Assembly: GCA_051294375.1 (NCBI GenBank)
Contig: CM119270.1
Span: 15,228,847-15,292,846 of the forward strand
Reading direction: 5' to 3'
DNA length: 64,000 bases
DNA from: Paraspadella gotoi
Taxonomy: Eukaryota; Animalia; Chaetognatha
Under the pieces are notes generated by a model. That model was not told the origin of the DNA. It saw nothing but the letters and a program-made list of their open reading frames with translations, and made no database searches. The position numbers and the translations under genes were made by a program. Shown here one piece after another: positions 24,355-39,285 of this stretch (position 1 is its first letter; the number at the start of each line of letters is the position of its first letter).

Positions 24355-24814
24355 TGGATGACAATGATGATGATGATGATGTCGCTGATGATGATGATGA
24401 CGATGATGATAATAAGGGAAAAGATGATAATCGTACGGTAAAGAAGATGCTGGTGAATGATAGTGATACTGATAACGATAATGATGATGAACATGAGCAT
24501 GAACTCTCAATGATTTTCCACGTTCTACATAAAATACAAAAAAAGGGAAAAAAAAAGAAAAGACTCCATTTCCCGCGAAGTATTCACTATTGAGAAGAGG
24601 CGGACAACAATTAAATAAACGACTTTAAAAATCATTAGTCTTTCACGATGTTGATGGAGAAGATGACGAAGATGCTGACAGCGATAATAATGGTGATGAA
24701 GATGATTGTAATGATGATGATTCTGGTGGAGAGAGCAGCGACGAAGGTGAAGATTATTGTTACGATTATGATAATGATAATGATTATAAATAAAATGATA
24801 ATGATTGAATAATA

Positions 24815-24863
<49 letters not shown>

Positions 24864-25000
24864 CGCTGATCATGTTGTTGATGAAAAAGGTGACTAGAAT
24901 GATGACAATGATAACGATGGTAAGGGATTTATATTGATAACATGACGATGATAATAATGATAATGATGACGACGATGTTGACGATGATGATGATGATGAT
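24355..25000. repeat. Degenerate (GAT/GAC)n trinucleotide field
   Basis: Pure (GAT)n core at ~24816-24862 with degenerate flanks; similar fields at ~35810-36120, ~37240-37420 and ~57700-57830. Confidence 0.85.
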
Positions 25001-28000
25001 TTTTGGTCCTCGATTCCAACCAAGTGACGGAGCTCATTATCAGTGGAGACAAATCAGGAGGAAATGTACGCATCGGACGAAAAAAAAAAGGGTGAATATT
25101 TGANNNNNNNNNNNNNNNNNNNNNNNNNNNNNNNNNNNNNNNNNNNNNNNNNNNNNNNNNNNNNNNNNNNNNNNNNNNNNNNNNNNNNNNNNNNNNNNNN
25201 NNNNNNNNNNNNNNNNNNNNNNNNNNNNNNNNNNNNNNNNNNNNNNNNNNNNNNNNNNNNNNNNNNNNNNNNNNNNNNNNNNNNNNNNNNNNNNNNNNNN
25301 NNNNNNNNNNNNNNNNNNNAGAGAGAGAGAGACACTATAATCACTCTCTCTCTCTTCGTCTTCGAAGTAATAATCGAGTAGGAGAGACTCTATCAAGACG
25401 AACGTCGTCGTCCTCCTCATTAATGCGTTTGTCGTTATTATTGTTAATAATTAGTAATATGGTATAAGGAGACTTAACAAACATGACAATTTAGGAAACA
25501 TTTCATAAATATTGTAATTCGATAGATTCGTTTGCTGGCGATAGAGAGAGAGAGAGAGAGAGAGAGAGAAAATAGAAACGGCATCTCGCGAAAAAAAGGT
25601 TCTTTACGATGTTTGATATCGAAAGATTATTCCCCTAGAAAAAGAAACGAAAGTTAGCGAATGGGAGAGAGAAGGAGAAAAAGAAGGAGAAAAAGAAGGA
25701 GAAAAAGAGAAAAATTTAAAAAAAAAATGATAAGAAGGAGAACGAAGAGAAGAAGTAGAAGAAAAAGGGTGAGTTTTTTTTTTAAGCCGACTCAGCGAGT
25801 TTCACTAAAAGCGATTTTACGTTATTTTCTCAGTTCTCCTTCTCCCCCCTTCTCTCCTCCCNNNNNNNNNNNNNNNNNNNNNNNNNNNNNNNNNNNNNNN
25901 NNNNNNNNNNNNNNNNNNNNNNNNNNNNNNNNNNNNNNNNNNNNNNNNNNNNNNNNNNNNNNNNNNNNNNNNNNNNNNNNNNNNNNNNNNNNNNNNNNNN
26001 NNNNNNNNNNNNNNNNNNNNNNNNNNNNNNNNNNNNNNNNNNNNNNNNNNNNNNNNNNNNNNNNNNNNNNNNNNNNNNNNNNNNNNNNNNNNNNNNNNNN
26101 NNNNNNNNNNNNNNNNNNNNNTTCAATGAAAGAAAGTGAGGCTGCGTTTGCGGTGAAATTCCAACAAAGGTAAGTGTTGGAAAGACCGAATGGAATCGTT
26201 GGAAAACTAGGAAANNNNNNNNNNNNNNNNNNNNNNNNNNNNNNNNNNNNNNNNNNNNNNNNNNNNNNNNNNNNNNNNNNNNNNNNNNNNNNNNNNNNNN
26301 NNNNNNNNNNNNNNNNNNNNNNNNNNNNNNNNNNNNNNNNNNNNNNNNNNNNNNNNNNNNNNNNNNNNNNNNNNNNNNNNNNNNNNNNNNNNNNNNNNNN
26401 NNNNNNNNNNNNNNNNNNNNNNNNNNNNNNNNNNNNNNNNNNNNNNNTGATTCTGTCGCGTGATTGTAGGGATGTCGACTCGTTGAGGCCGGAACAATAA
26501 CACCAACCCAACTGACATCGACCACCACCAGGTCGAATGGCACAAAGAATAAAAAACCTTCAAGAAATCACAAACGATGATGACGAGGACGCTGACTATT
26601 AAACCGACAACAACAACAACAGGAACGAGGACACCGACTCGGCGAAAGCCTTTTTTCCAACTCTGAGAAAGGACTCTTGGTTTCTGCCCATCGTTAGTCT
26701 TGATTATTCGAAATGGATTCACAACAGAATCGCGACGAAATGATTAACTCCACTTCTTTTAATTCAACCGCCACAACTCGACGTGTAATAATATTTAATG
26801 GTCTTCTTTTTTTTTTTAAACTAAACCTTTTATTTGAAATCTTTCGAAGTGATTCTCTTATTGGTAAATGTTATGCTTGAGGTTGTTTATTTATTTTGCC
26901 AACTCGTCATCGAACATCGGAGCGATTTTCACATTACTGCGAATAACCAAAAATATTTTGAATTCGACTCATCGTTTAACTCGTAATCAATATTGATCAT
27001 ACTCTCTCGTTTTTCTAACTTAGTCGTCATTTTTCATGAAAGTTTAAACTTTATTCAGTTATATTTTAGTTTTTATTTTCAAAAAAACAAAACTTTCTCA
27101 TTGTTTTTTTTATTATCGGCACACCGAGTCAAGCGAAGGAGAATTTAAGACGCCGCTGATTGAAACTCGCGATTCTGTTTATTCTTTACTTTTTCACCAC
27201 GAAAAAAAAAGAAAAAAAAGGAAAAAAAGAAAAAAAAAGGAAAAAAGTGGGAAAAATGTCCGAATCGATCCTGTAAATACAGGGAGAATCGTTTACAGCG
27301 AGGGCAGAAGCGTGAAAGGCGATCGAACAGGTTCGGTGAAAAGAAGGAAATTATTTTTTTTTGTGTGAAAATTTAGTATTTATATTTTACAGTTTACATC
27401 CTCGTTGAGTAAAAAAACGTCACGCTAAAANNNNNNNNNNNNNNNNNNNNNNNNNNNNNNNNNNNNNNNNNNNNNNNNNNNNNNNNNNNNNNNNNNNNNN
27501 NNNNNNNNNNNNNNNNNNNNNNNNNNNNNNNNNNNNNNNNNNNNNNNNNNNNNNNNNNNNNNNNNNNNNNNNNNNNNNAAAACTTTAAGAATAAATTTCG
27601 ATAAGAAGATGGAAATCATAATTGACTTTTTCTTCCTCTTTCCACTTTTTTCACTTTCTTATGTGAACTCGTTTGACTGGATCCCCGCCGCTCCTCGAGG
27701 AGGCCGGCCATACTTGTCAATAGACGAGTTGGCTGGAATTTTCGACTCTCTCGACTTAGAAGTGAAATCCTGGTCAAATATTGTATAAATATTTTTAGCC
27801 AGTATATTCATGGGTGGGCGAAAATATTGTGTCGGTTGATTTAGTGGGGGTAAAGATACTGTTTAACGCATTACAATACAATATGTACAATAGAATACCG
27901 AACAATAATACAATACAGTGCACTACGATTTAATAAAACACAATACAATACAGAGGTTGGAGTAATCATAGGCAGCATTAGAATGAGAATCATTGAAGTA

Positions 28001-28705
28001 AATTTTTCACTCTCTCTCTCCTCTCTCTCTCTCTCATTTTCTCTATTCTCTCTCTCTCTCTGCTCTCTCTCTCTCTCTCTCTCCTCTTTAATTTCTGAGT
28101 CTTTTGCTTTTTCCAATCCCCCAGTGATCACCTTGGCCCGAGAAAAAGGGTGTCTTTGATCGAGAAACAAATCTCAGAGGGGAAATCTTTTTAATCGAGA
28201 CGATGTTGGTCGTCCGTAGTCGTCCGTCGTCGTCGTCGTCGTCGACTAACATCCTTTTATCATCAGTGTCATCGTCCATCATCACATCTTCAACATCCTC
28301 TTAAATTCATAATCACGAACTGTTATCTTTAGTATCGTAATATTCGTTCAGTCTCGTCGTTTTAACATTCAATTTGAATCATTAATTTTTTTTTTTTCCT
28401 CCTGATTCGTTTCTTAAAAAAAAAAAAGGAAGAACTATTTAAAACGACTAAATTCTAATCCTTTTATAAATTAACAAAATAATCATCCCGAAACTATCCG
28501 CGAGCATCTTCGTCCTAAAACGTCTATCGTCGGGATACTTTGTCGTCGCTACGGTGGCTCGATCCGTTAAAACTCCTCACCGCTCTCCCCCATCTCCGCT
28601 TCTTCGACCTATCGACCTACTGATCCGACTCCTTCCTCCTGGTCCATAGCGGTAAAATACGTCTCACTTTCTCGACTCCCTTCGCTCTCTCCTCTCTTCG
28701 TCTCC

Positions 28706-28738
<33 letters not shown>

Positions 28739-31307
28739 TCTAACTAACGGACCAAGGTTTGTGCCGCAGACTTTTTCACTCTCCTTTTCTCGGATGTTAC
28801 AACTCATCAGTGTAATCACGACTCACAAAAACCCGAATACCTTTCACTGTTTTTCATCTTTCAAATATCAAATCTCGAATTCCGATTTTTTTTTTGAAAT
28901 TTTTGTTGACGGAATTTCGCGGTGCACGTGATTCGCGTCAACGTGCGATATCACTACCGTGAATAAAAGTTGCTTCATATCCGATCGTATCTGGTTACCC
29001 TTCACATTCTAGAATACACCCTTATGATTTATTATTCACCAGCAGTCTGGTTTAAACAGTCACCCGATTATTTTTCAAGATCAGTTGGATTATGAGTTTC
29101 CGAACAACTCGGGGGTGAAAAAAATGAAAGAATGTTTATTTATGAGAAAAGACTGAAGGTTGAGGACTTGGTATGATGGAGACGTTTCCACGTGATTACC
29201 GATCACGATGAGAGGTGAATGATCACAGTTTATAAATACGTCCTTATTGTTTTCAAATAAAATATTTCAGTGAACTTGTTTGATCTTGTATCTAGAAAAT
29301 AATCTAAAGTCGCTCGGCCACGAATTGAAGGTTTAGCGAGGTTAAAAACATGTATTGACATCAAGTAAAAAGCACGAATAGAACGAATTAAAAATCAATT
29401 AAAAACAACTTAAAAACAAGGTAAAAACAGATTAAAAACAAAGTAAAAACAGATTAAAAAACAAGGTAAAAATCGTGCATCGCAATAGTAATAACCTCCA
29501 CTGGGTTTTAAAAACGGTTGGCCGTTCCAATATTACAAGATCATTGGACTCTAATGAAACTACGACCAACGCGTTTCCTCAATGGCTGCGCGCGGAAACC
29601 CGGGTAAAAAAAGGTAGAATTATCTTCTCCCAATTCTCGATGGTATTGTCCAGGCCGCCATCCAGGACCGCAGGAAGAAGCTTGCATTTTGCGATTCCAA
29701 AACGCGAAGGGGATACGCGCGGCCCAACACAGATACACCCCCTCCGCAAGCACGCCTTGCGGAGCCGCGCTGGAAGTCCACGTGACTGCGTCTTCACCTG
29801 ACCTGAAAAAATGGATAAGGCGGCCCAACCTTACCGTCTCCGAGACCCGTCCTGTTGCCGATCACAGCAACTGGACAGGGGGAGAGAAGGAGGGCAAAAG
29901 TGGATCCAGGAAGGCTTCAAAAGAGAATCAATTAAGGGAAGGGAACAATTCCCCCTCCATCACAGAAGCCCACTGTGGTCCAGAAATCAATCTTCTCAAA
30001 ATCCAACACCAGATTCAATCTACAGAATAAAATCATCAATAAATCAAATGAAAAGCGACGAATCCTCGACGCTAAACCGATCCATAAGCAAAAATCATAT
30101 TCGAAATCATATGCCAGTCTAAAATACCAATCTAAATCAAATGAATATATCAAATCAAGCAGCAAAACGAAATGCCGTCAATGCAACAAGACTATCATAG
30201 GCATGCCAGACCATCTAGAGTAAATTCAGTGTTCTTAACCTCCATCGACAAACTCCGAAGTTGCCGGACCTGAGTTTTTATTTATTTTTTTCTTTTTGTT
30301 TTTTTTCAGACGTGTATACAATGCAAGCAGATCTCCGCAGGCATATCCCCGTCCTCTGTAGGCGCCATCATCGCATCAAAGCCGGGGCGGAGGCTTGCTC
30401 TCCCTTGGCTCGTCCACCCACCCCGGGTCGGTCACTCTCGTAAACTATCACGGAACCGCCGTAGGACTGTAGAGTAGAGGATAACAAACATAGTCCAACG
30501 CGCCGCTCGCATCGTACAGGGCCACACATGTGCAACTTGCCGATAATCGCTGTCAGGTCTAGCCGGTGCGNNNNNNNNNNNNNNNNNNNNNNNNNAGGGG
30601 GAGCAAAAACCTCAATCTAATAGAAGAAAAAATCTTTAAGACTGTAAACCGTTGAAAGAAGGTGTTTTGGATCAATTAGGAATGATGAAGACGACGACGA
30701 CGACGATGACGACGAAACTCTCGAGTTAAGGTGGTTTTTATCAATTAAGCGATTCTCGAAGACGCTGTTCTTTTATTTTTTTTAGGAATTGAAAGATTTC
30801 TTTGTTCTTATTTTGTAGATTCTGATCTTTTAACTTTTAAATAAAAATAAAAATCATAAATTACTCCCGACTTCGATCTCTTTTTTATTTTTGTTTATAA
30901 AACTAACGGACGGAGAGGGTTAAACTTAAAGTGTGAGGATCCAACATAAATAAATTCACGGAATCAAAGAAATCGATCTCAACTTGGGAGATGGAATCAT
31001 TTTAATTTCGAGTTTAATTTCTTTCTTTTGTTTTAAAATGCATTTCGTTCGTATGTATTTATTTAGTTCATTTGTAAAAAAATGGTAAAATATTAACTTT
31101 CATAAATTCGAGATTCTTTATTTTTTGTTGAAAATAGTATAGTACATAAAATAAATAATAAATCTATTATGATCTTCGCCAACTTTTCGTCCATCGCGTT
31201 TGTCTTTTGTTTCTCGGAAAAATGCAAGTTTTTCTGCGGCCGACGAATTTTCGTCACTTGTTCCGTCGACGCCGATTCTTTCGCGAGTTTTCAGAGGCGT
31301 CGCCGCC

Positions 31308-31354
<47 letters not shown>

Positions 31355-32303
31355 GAAAAGTTAGTGAGGAGTAAAAGGAGAACAATATGTTTTTTAAGTG
31401 TCGCCTTAGCGATTCTCTTGGCGAAATATTTTACTTCAAAGTTTATTATTTATTTTTTAAACGTTAATTGATATTAATCAACTCTATGTAAAACTCTAAA
31501 AACTGCTTTACAAATAATTAAAGAACCTGATATCCTGAATATATTTTTATATATTTTTTTCTTATTCTAAATTCGAATCTCTAAACTATGACCTCCGCTT
31601 AACAATCGCCGGCGAGTTCACTGGATTCTCTCTTGTCACAAGTTTTTTTTCCTCAGTCGACGACGGAATCTCCAGTGAGGGTCACGTGGCAAGAAAAGTC
31701 ACATGACGGGGAGATGACGAAAATTCCAGGGATTCTTTCGTCAAAGTGAACAAGTGAAGGAAAGGAACCAGTGAATTAGTAAACATTTCACGTCGACCTC
31801 GATTTCGAATTTGAAGCGAGCGTCAGCAGAGATTTCTTGTATAAAATCATCTTTTCTTCTCGTTGAATACGAATTAATATTTTAAACAATGCATGTTTAA
31901 ATACTTAAGATTCATCGTCTCCGCGTTATCTATGAAAATTTTGGAAAAAAAAAAAAAAGATTTGTTTTACTATTTTCTATTTTTATAGTTTCTATTTCAT
32001 TAACCGTTTGTCGTCATCTCGTCAACACCTTTCGAGATTTTTGTCTTCGTCTTCGTCACTTTTTTTTCTGCCAGAATCTTTGATGCAAAAATTGTGATTG
32101 TTGCTTCCAGTGACGTCGTTATGATCGTCGTCGTCGACACCAACGAGTCCGACCGCCGACCGACGATTCACGCCCCCGACGCCGACAATGTCGATATCTT
32201 CGTCCTCTTGTCGTTTAATACTTCGTCGGCACCGCCGCCGCGCCGCCGCCGCCGCCGCCGCCGTCCCGCCGTTGCCGCCCCGCCGTTGCCGCCGTCCTCA
32301 TTC

Positions 32304-32345
<42 letters not shown>

Positions 32346-35300
32346 GTGATTCTTCTCGTATTTTTCAGGTGAATATTTTCACCTTCACTCTATCACATCT
32401 TGGAGTCGAAGGCATCGCATATCCGTGTCACACCCAAAAAAAGACCCCGAAAAGACCCGCGAAGGAAGAGGAAGAAGCGAAAGTCCCGAACCCGCTCCAC
32501 TAACGGAAACCGGGAAACTCTCTCGGCAATCCACTCTCGGCGATAAAAACTCTCAGCAGGAATCGACTCTCAAGCTATCGGCGATTGGCTCGATCCCGTC
32601 ACCTCGGCTTTTTTTTTTTGGGTCCAGTATTCGGACGTTTTGAATTGATAGAGAAAACTTTGAATATTTTTTTTTTTTGGACAGAAATAAAATAATGGCC
32701 TTGAAATATATGAATTAATATTAAATAATAAAATCGTCAAGCGGACCACATTTTAAAAAATTCTATTTTTTTCCTTTCTAAAATTTCTCAGGTCATCATC
32801 GAAGTTGTTATACAAAATTAAAAACAATCCGAAAATCTATTCAAAAAGTTTTACCGATCATTTCTCTTTTACTGCGATCGAGTAAAATTCACGAGAAAAA
32901 AAAAGAGCAACAGGTGGTTCTCTATTTATTCATCGTCCCATCGCTTTCTTTTTAATTCTTTTTAAAGTCAGTGAAAACTGTAAAGGAAAATGAAAAAAAA
33001 TGATTAAAGAAAAAAACAGGAGAGAAAAAAAATAGAAAAAAAAAGCTACATTTTTTCAGGATTTTTGAAAAATCTGTCGGAGACTTAAAAAAAAATTGGG
33101 AGACCTTATGTTACGACTTGTCACTTGATCTAAGATCAGCGCTGTTCTTTTTTTTTTTTAAACAGAAGGAAGAACATAAATTTTATTTTTTATAATTTGC
33201 GCGATTTTCTTAGTCGCGGTTCTCTTTGAGAGGACGTCAGAGGGCGTCAAAGGGCGTCAGAGGGCGCGGGATGAAAAACCGTATAAAAAGATAGGAAACA
33301 ATGATGGCTTCCGCCAATCCGCAATGTACTTTTGTCTTCCAGTCTGTTTTCCTCGCTGTCTTTATGTCTGGCGTTAAACGCAAAAAACAATTGTTCTTGC
33401 GGTATACTTATAAGAACTAAGTATAATTAAGTTAAAAAATATCGCTTTTTATGCGCATTGTGCATTGTGCAACGTCCGATAAAATAATGTAAAAGTTAAA
33501 CATGATTAGAAAAAGTAACTATTTTAGAGACGAATCAGGGCTGAAAAAGAAATATATCTAAGCGCTTAACACTTCATTCAATAATCAATATTCTTCCTTC
33601 ATTAAATCGTACCTTACCTTAACATCCGCGGCGCTTTAGACGCAGTGAATGAAGAGAGAGAGAGAGAGTTGATTTGTGGAGGCACTGGAGAGATCAGTAG
33701 GCAGTCGGGGATGAGAGTATGAGGCACATTGAGGTTTACGGCGGCCGTTCGTCTCGTGTGGGGCGATGAGTGGTTGAAGGGTTGACGGGGTGAGGAGTTG
33801 AGGAGTTGAGGAGTTGAGGAATTTCTTAGAAATGAGTGGTTGAGATGAGAATTTCTAATTTCTACTTGGAAGGGTGAAAAAATTGGAGGGGGGGGTGTGA
33901 GTCGTTAATCGATAGGGCCAAGAGTCAGCAGGAGACTAAAAGGTAAGTTCTAACTAGTTCAGCTAAGGGTGAAACGTAAATTCGACGGTAAGGTTTTGTC
34001 GTGATTGAGTACTAAGTTCGGGTGAGTATATAAGCGACGAGGTGGGCGCGCCGTTCGAGTTTCCTCTCACATTCGAATCCAAATTAGTCTAATGTTTTTT
34101 TCTCTTTTATTTCGGTAAAAAAATATCCGGTTTTTTTTTTATTTCGAGAATTTCATTGTTTTTTTTTTTATTTTCGTCGGATGAAATTGGCTTTGAAGTT
34201 TTTTCTGTTTTTTTTTAATTTTTAGTCGGAGTTAGTTGGAAGTTTGCTTTGTAAGATTTCGTAAGGTCGAGGCTTTCGTTAAATCGGAGTTCGTTATATC
34301 GGAAAAGTTTTTGAGTCGAGGGAAGCGACGCGAAGGAGTTAGTAGTGGAAGCCATGGTGGAGTGAGAGAGGTGAGAAGGGAAAGGGGCAATCTGGAAATA
34401 GAGAGGTGAGAATAAAGAGAGGTTAGAGGAGATTTCTCAGAAATGATTGTCCCAATTAAAATGAAATTAGATGGATTTAAAAATGCCATGTCATGTTAAG
34501 ATTTAATTAAAAGCTGCAATATACGTTTATAACGAAGAAAAGGAAAAAAGAAAACATTAGAATAAAATGAAAGGAAGGAACGAGCGACTCGAGAGAGGAG
34601 AATGGCCAAATAATGAAGACGCTTTCGGGAGTTTGACATAAACTCTGAAGAGACGAACAACATTTTAAAGATTTATCAGGACTAAAAGGACCAAAAAAAT
34701 AAATAAAATAAAAAAGTATTAATACGAATGGCATTGGCTGATTTAAGAATCCAATTTTTATACATGGCATCGATGATAAAAAGCGCCAAGAAACTACAAC
34801 AACGACGGAAGCAACAACAACAACGACTAAAACGTTTCGTCAAAAAGCGCGAAGCTCATCCGAGCGAAAAGCGACGATAAATCAACTCGCGGAAAATCCT
34901 TCGCTTGATTCTTGGCGGCGATGATGGAGGCGGGCTTGGGGTGAGGCGGTCTTGGGGGGGGAGGTGGCGGTCTTTGACGGGGTGGGCGTCTTTGACGGGG
35001 ATGGTCTTCTCTGGAGTGGTTTTCTTCTTCTCCTACATGGGCACTGTTGTACGGAGCAAGATTAGCATTTGGAGAATCTTAGAAAAACAGATAAAGGACT
35101 ATTTTGTGGATTAAGCGGAGGAAAATATTTCAGCGCAACATTTTGCGCGATGTTAAAATTTCTCCGTCTTTTTCTTCTCATTGTCGTTTTCGTTTTTGTG
35201 CTTATTTTTCTCATTTTTTTCCCCCGAAATTTCTTGTCTTTTCATCTTTATTTTCTTTTTCTTTCCCTTTCTAATGTTTCATATCATTTTCATTTTCTTT

Positions 35301-35422
35301 CAGAGGTTTAAAAAGGATATGTATCGTTTTATCATTGTATCATTGTATCATTGTATCATTGTATCATCCGCTCAATTTTCTTGTCTTCATTTGAAAAACA
35401 ATTTCCTCTCTCTATCTCTATC

Positions 35423-35553
<131 letters not shown>

Positions 35554-36231
35554 CCATCGGACTTTCCATATATCTTTTCCACTGATAACTCTGTCGATTT
35601 CACCAAAGATAACTAAAATTTTTGGCGAAATGTATCGTCAATATCTAAGTCGTTGGGACTTTTTACTTTTTGTGTTGCAATTATAGAATTGTTTTGCGAT
35701 TGTATCAAAGTAACAAATATAATATTGTTTGTAAATATATGTAGTTATCGTCTTGGTCACCACTAAGGCTCTCAACGATTTTGCTCTCCTCATCATATTT
35801 GACATTGTCTTGTGACATCTTTTGTCATCATCGTAGATTCGTCCTTGTCATCTTCATCAATATCGACGTTTTCGTCATTTTCGTCGTCGTTTTCGTCATC
35901 CTCATCGATATCTACGTCTTTGTCATCATCATCGACATGTCATCGTCATCGTTTTTGTCATTGTCTTCATCATCGTCGTCATCTACATCGATATCAACGT
36001 CTTTGTTTTTATCGTCGCCATGTCATCGTCAGCGTCGTCATCTTCTTCGATATCGACGTCATTGTCATTATAGTCGCCATGTCATCGTTTTCGTCATCGT
36101 CGTCGTCGTCATCGTCGTCGTCCACTCGGCTCGCCGAATCCAATTACACTCGTTACTCCGCGAGAGACGATTTTCTCCTTTGTCTTCGTTTATCTTTCGT
36201 CATCATCTCCATATTCCGACAACTCTCTCTC

Positions 36232-36330
<99 letters not shown>

Positions 36331-37691
36331 ATTGCCACGACCAAATACCACGTGCAATAGCTATATCGATCTTTCCCCACTGGTTTCTGCGTTTGATCGA
36401 TAAATTTTATACGTCAATTGTAACAACGATCTTGTGCGCGTTCCTGATTGGACCAAAACTCAATAGGTAGCTTCAAATATGCTCTCCAATTGGTCGAATA
36501 AAATTAGAGAGATCGGACATCGTCAGACTTCAAAGATTAAAAAGGAGGACACTGAACCGGTTTGCATTTGGTCGCCATATTTTTTTTTGGTTCACAGAAT
36601 TAAATTTCTTTTTTTTTCTTTATGAACATAACATTGGGTAAGAGACGGTGACTTCAATGTATAGAAATTGGAGGTTAAAAACTGCAAATGGCATGAGTAT
36701 TAAGTATTAGTGAGTATGTTTTTCACACTACATAAGCTTGACTCAGCGCGCTTTCGCTCCAGACATTTATATGCTGATTTCACTGCCAAGAACGTGGTTC
36801 TCATTTTCCTAATCTAATATTTAATCATGAAAAAGAATGAAAACGTTATATTTGATAGTTTCTTATGAATTAGTTTATTAGTTTATGAGTCCATTTAAAC
36901 GTTAGTGTCTGTTAGTGTTTGTTTCTGTTGAATTTTAATAGTTTAGTTTTTACTTGCTTACTGTTTTCTAGTTTTATACACTGATACTGTTTTTGATTTT
37001 GTCAATACTGTTTTTGGTATTAATAAAAAAAAAAAAAAAAAAAATAATTCGAATGAAACAAAAAAGTTATCTTTCTCTCTCTTAACTTTGATTCAAGAAT
37101 GCTAGTATCTTCTTGGACTTACTCTTTCATCCGCCATTTTTTTTATTCACAATTATTCTCTGACGTTTTTACCATATTTTTTTTTGCGAATCGAAGCTGA
37201 CGTCACCGAAATTCGGTCCGTGAGGACTGTGATAGAAAGGGATGACGATGACGATGACGATGATTAGAATAAAAATGATATAGGTGATGATGACAATGAT
37301 AACGATGTTGACGAGGATTAGTATTTTGTGATGAAAGTGAAAATGATGACAACGGTGTTGAAGATGATATTCAGTTGTTAATGATGACGATAACGATCAT
37401 GATGATGATAAATGTGATGCAGGTAAAATGATAAAACAAAGAAGTGATTTTATAGAGAGATGGAGTTGAAAATTTTATTTTATATCGAAGTTAGTTCGAT
37501 GCTGAATATAAACTTTCATCTGCGGCGATTTTGAGTTATGATACATGTTGATGATGTTTAAAAATGAAGGAAGCAGCTTCGCGACTTTCGTTGTGAAAGG
37601 AACGAGGTTGATGAAGACGACTTTCATTATCTCAAAAATTCAATTTCCTTTTTTGGTTTTTTTTCTGGTGGGCGAATGAGTGAAAGACAGG

Positions 37692-37781
<90 letters not shown>

Positions 37782-38294
37782 GACATAAAACAACAAAAAG
37801 AAATACAGGACGAAGACGATACGGGGAGAATCCACGCTCGCGCTCTCTTTTCACTTTCACTCTCTCTCACTCTCTCTCTCCCTCTCGCGCTCGCCCGATG
37901 GAAACCATGGCGACGGCGAAAGCCAACATTTTGGATCAACAGATGTTGAGAGTCCGACGCTGGGACGTCGCGAGGCGCCTCCCAAATCCGCGTCGCGACG
38001 GTTGATTGGTTCCGCGCGGTGATTCGCGTCGCGACTCGGCGACGACGACGACGACGTCGCCTCGCGCGACTCTCAACATAACGAAGAAGCGCGATCGAGA
38101 CTGACGGCATCCGACGAAGGAAAAGACTCGCGAGAGCGAGACGATTGGAGGAGTGGAGGAAAGAGAGGAAGAGAGAAGGGAGGAAGAGAGGGAGAGGAGG
38201 GGGGAGGAAGAATAAGGGGAGATAGAACGTAGGAGTTCGAAATGATTGTTTGGAAATGGAAAAAGAGGGAGGGAGGAAAGGAGGAAGGGAAGGA

Positions 38295-38370
<76 letters not shown>

Positions 38371-39049
38371 CCCTATAATAAGAAGAGGATGGGAGGGGAA
38401 GAGAAGAGCGTGATGTCATTGCTCCGGAAATTGAGAATTCTGTCTCACCTGTTGAGAAAAAGAAAAGCAGGAAAGGAAAGAAAAAAGAAAGAAAAAAGGA
38501 AAGGAACAATAAAGGTAAGAAGAAAGATAAAATGAGGAAAGGGTTATATGTAGAATTATGGCAAGGATAGTCCTTTGTCATTTGTGGGGAGTCAAAAAGA
38601 AACTTTTGACAGATTAACAATGCAGGCAACGAGATATCGAGAATTGGAAGCCGCGTAGGATTCCGCACAACAATAACAACAGCTGCAGCCACAAAAGAGA
38701 AAAGAGTTTCACCCCTTATTGGTGGACGGGAAGGAGAATTTTTGATTCACCAAAAAGAAAAAAAAAAGAAAAAAAAAGAAAAGAAAACAAGTGGAAAAAG
38801 TCAAAAGAAAGAAAGGAGGAAAGAAAATAAAAGAAAAAGAAAACAAAATGAAATGAGGAAAAACGGGGAAAAAAAAAGAAGAAAGCAAAAAGAGAGGAAA
38901 GGAAATAGAAGAGAAAGGAAATAGAAGAGAAAGGAAATAGAATAGAAAGGAACTCGCGCTCGTCGAAGAAACGTTTTCGTTTTTTCGAAAGAAGACGATG
39001 AAGGAAAAGGTGAAGAAATTGGAAGAATGGGGGATGGAAGAGGATGGTG

Positions 39050-39210
39050 AAAGATGGCTTCGGATTGGAGGAAGATGGTTGAAGATGACTTCAGATTGGA
39101 GGAAGATGGTTGAAGATGGCTTCGGATTGGAGGAAGTTGGTGGAAGATGGCTTCGGATTGGAGGAAGATGGTAGAAGATGGCTTCGGATTGGAGGACGAT
39201 GGTAGAAGAT
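39050..39210. repeat. 31-bp tandem repeat GAAGATGGCTTCGGATTGGAGGAAGATGGT(T/A), ~5 copies
   Basis: Units start near 39050, 39081, 39112, 39143 and 39174. Confidence 0.9.
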
Positions 39211-39285
39211 GGTAGAGGAAGCTGTTTATTGCTTAGAGTAACCAGTAACGAGAGGATGGAGGTGGAGAAAGACACGTTTGATGGC

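Noticed and set aside
25040-27619. ORFs running through N gaps (also 17283-18131)
   Set aside because: Open only because N codons are not stops.
28770-28815. Minus-strand CTGATGA...GAAA as a hammerhead ribozyme
   Set aside because: Stem II does not close next to GAAA and no stems I/III were found.
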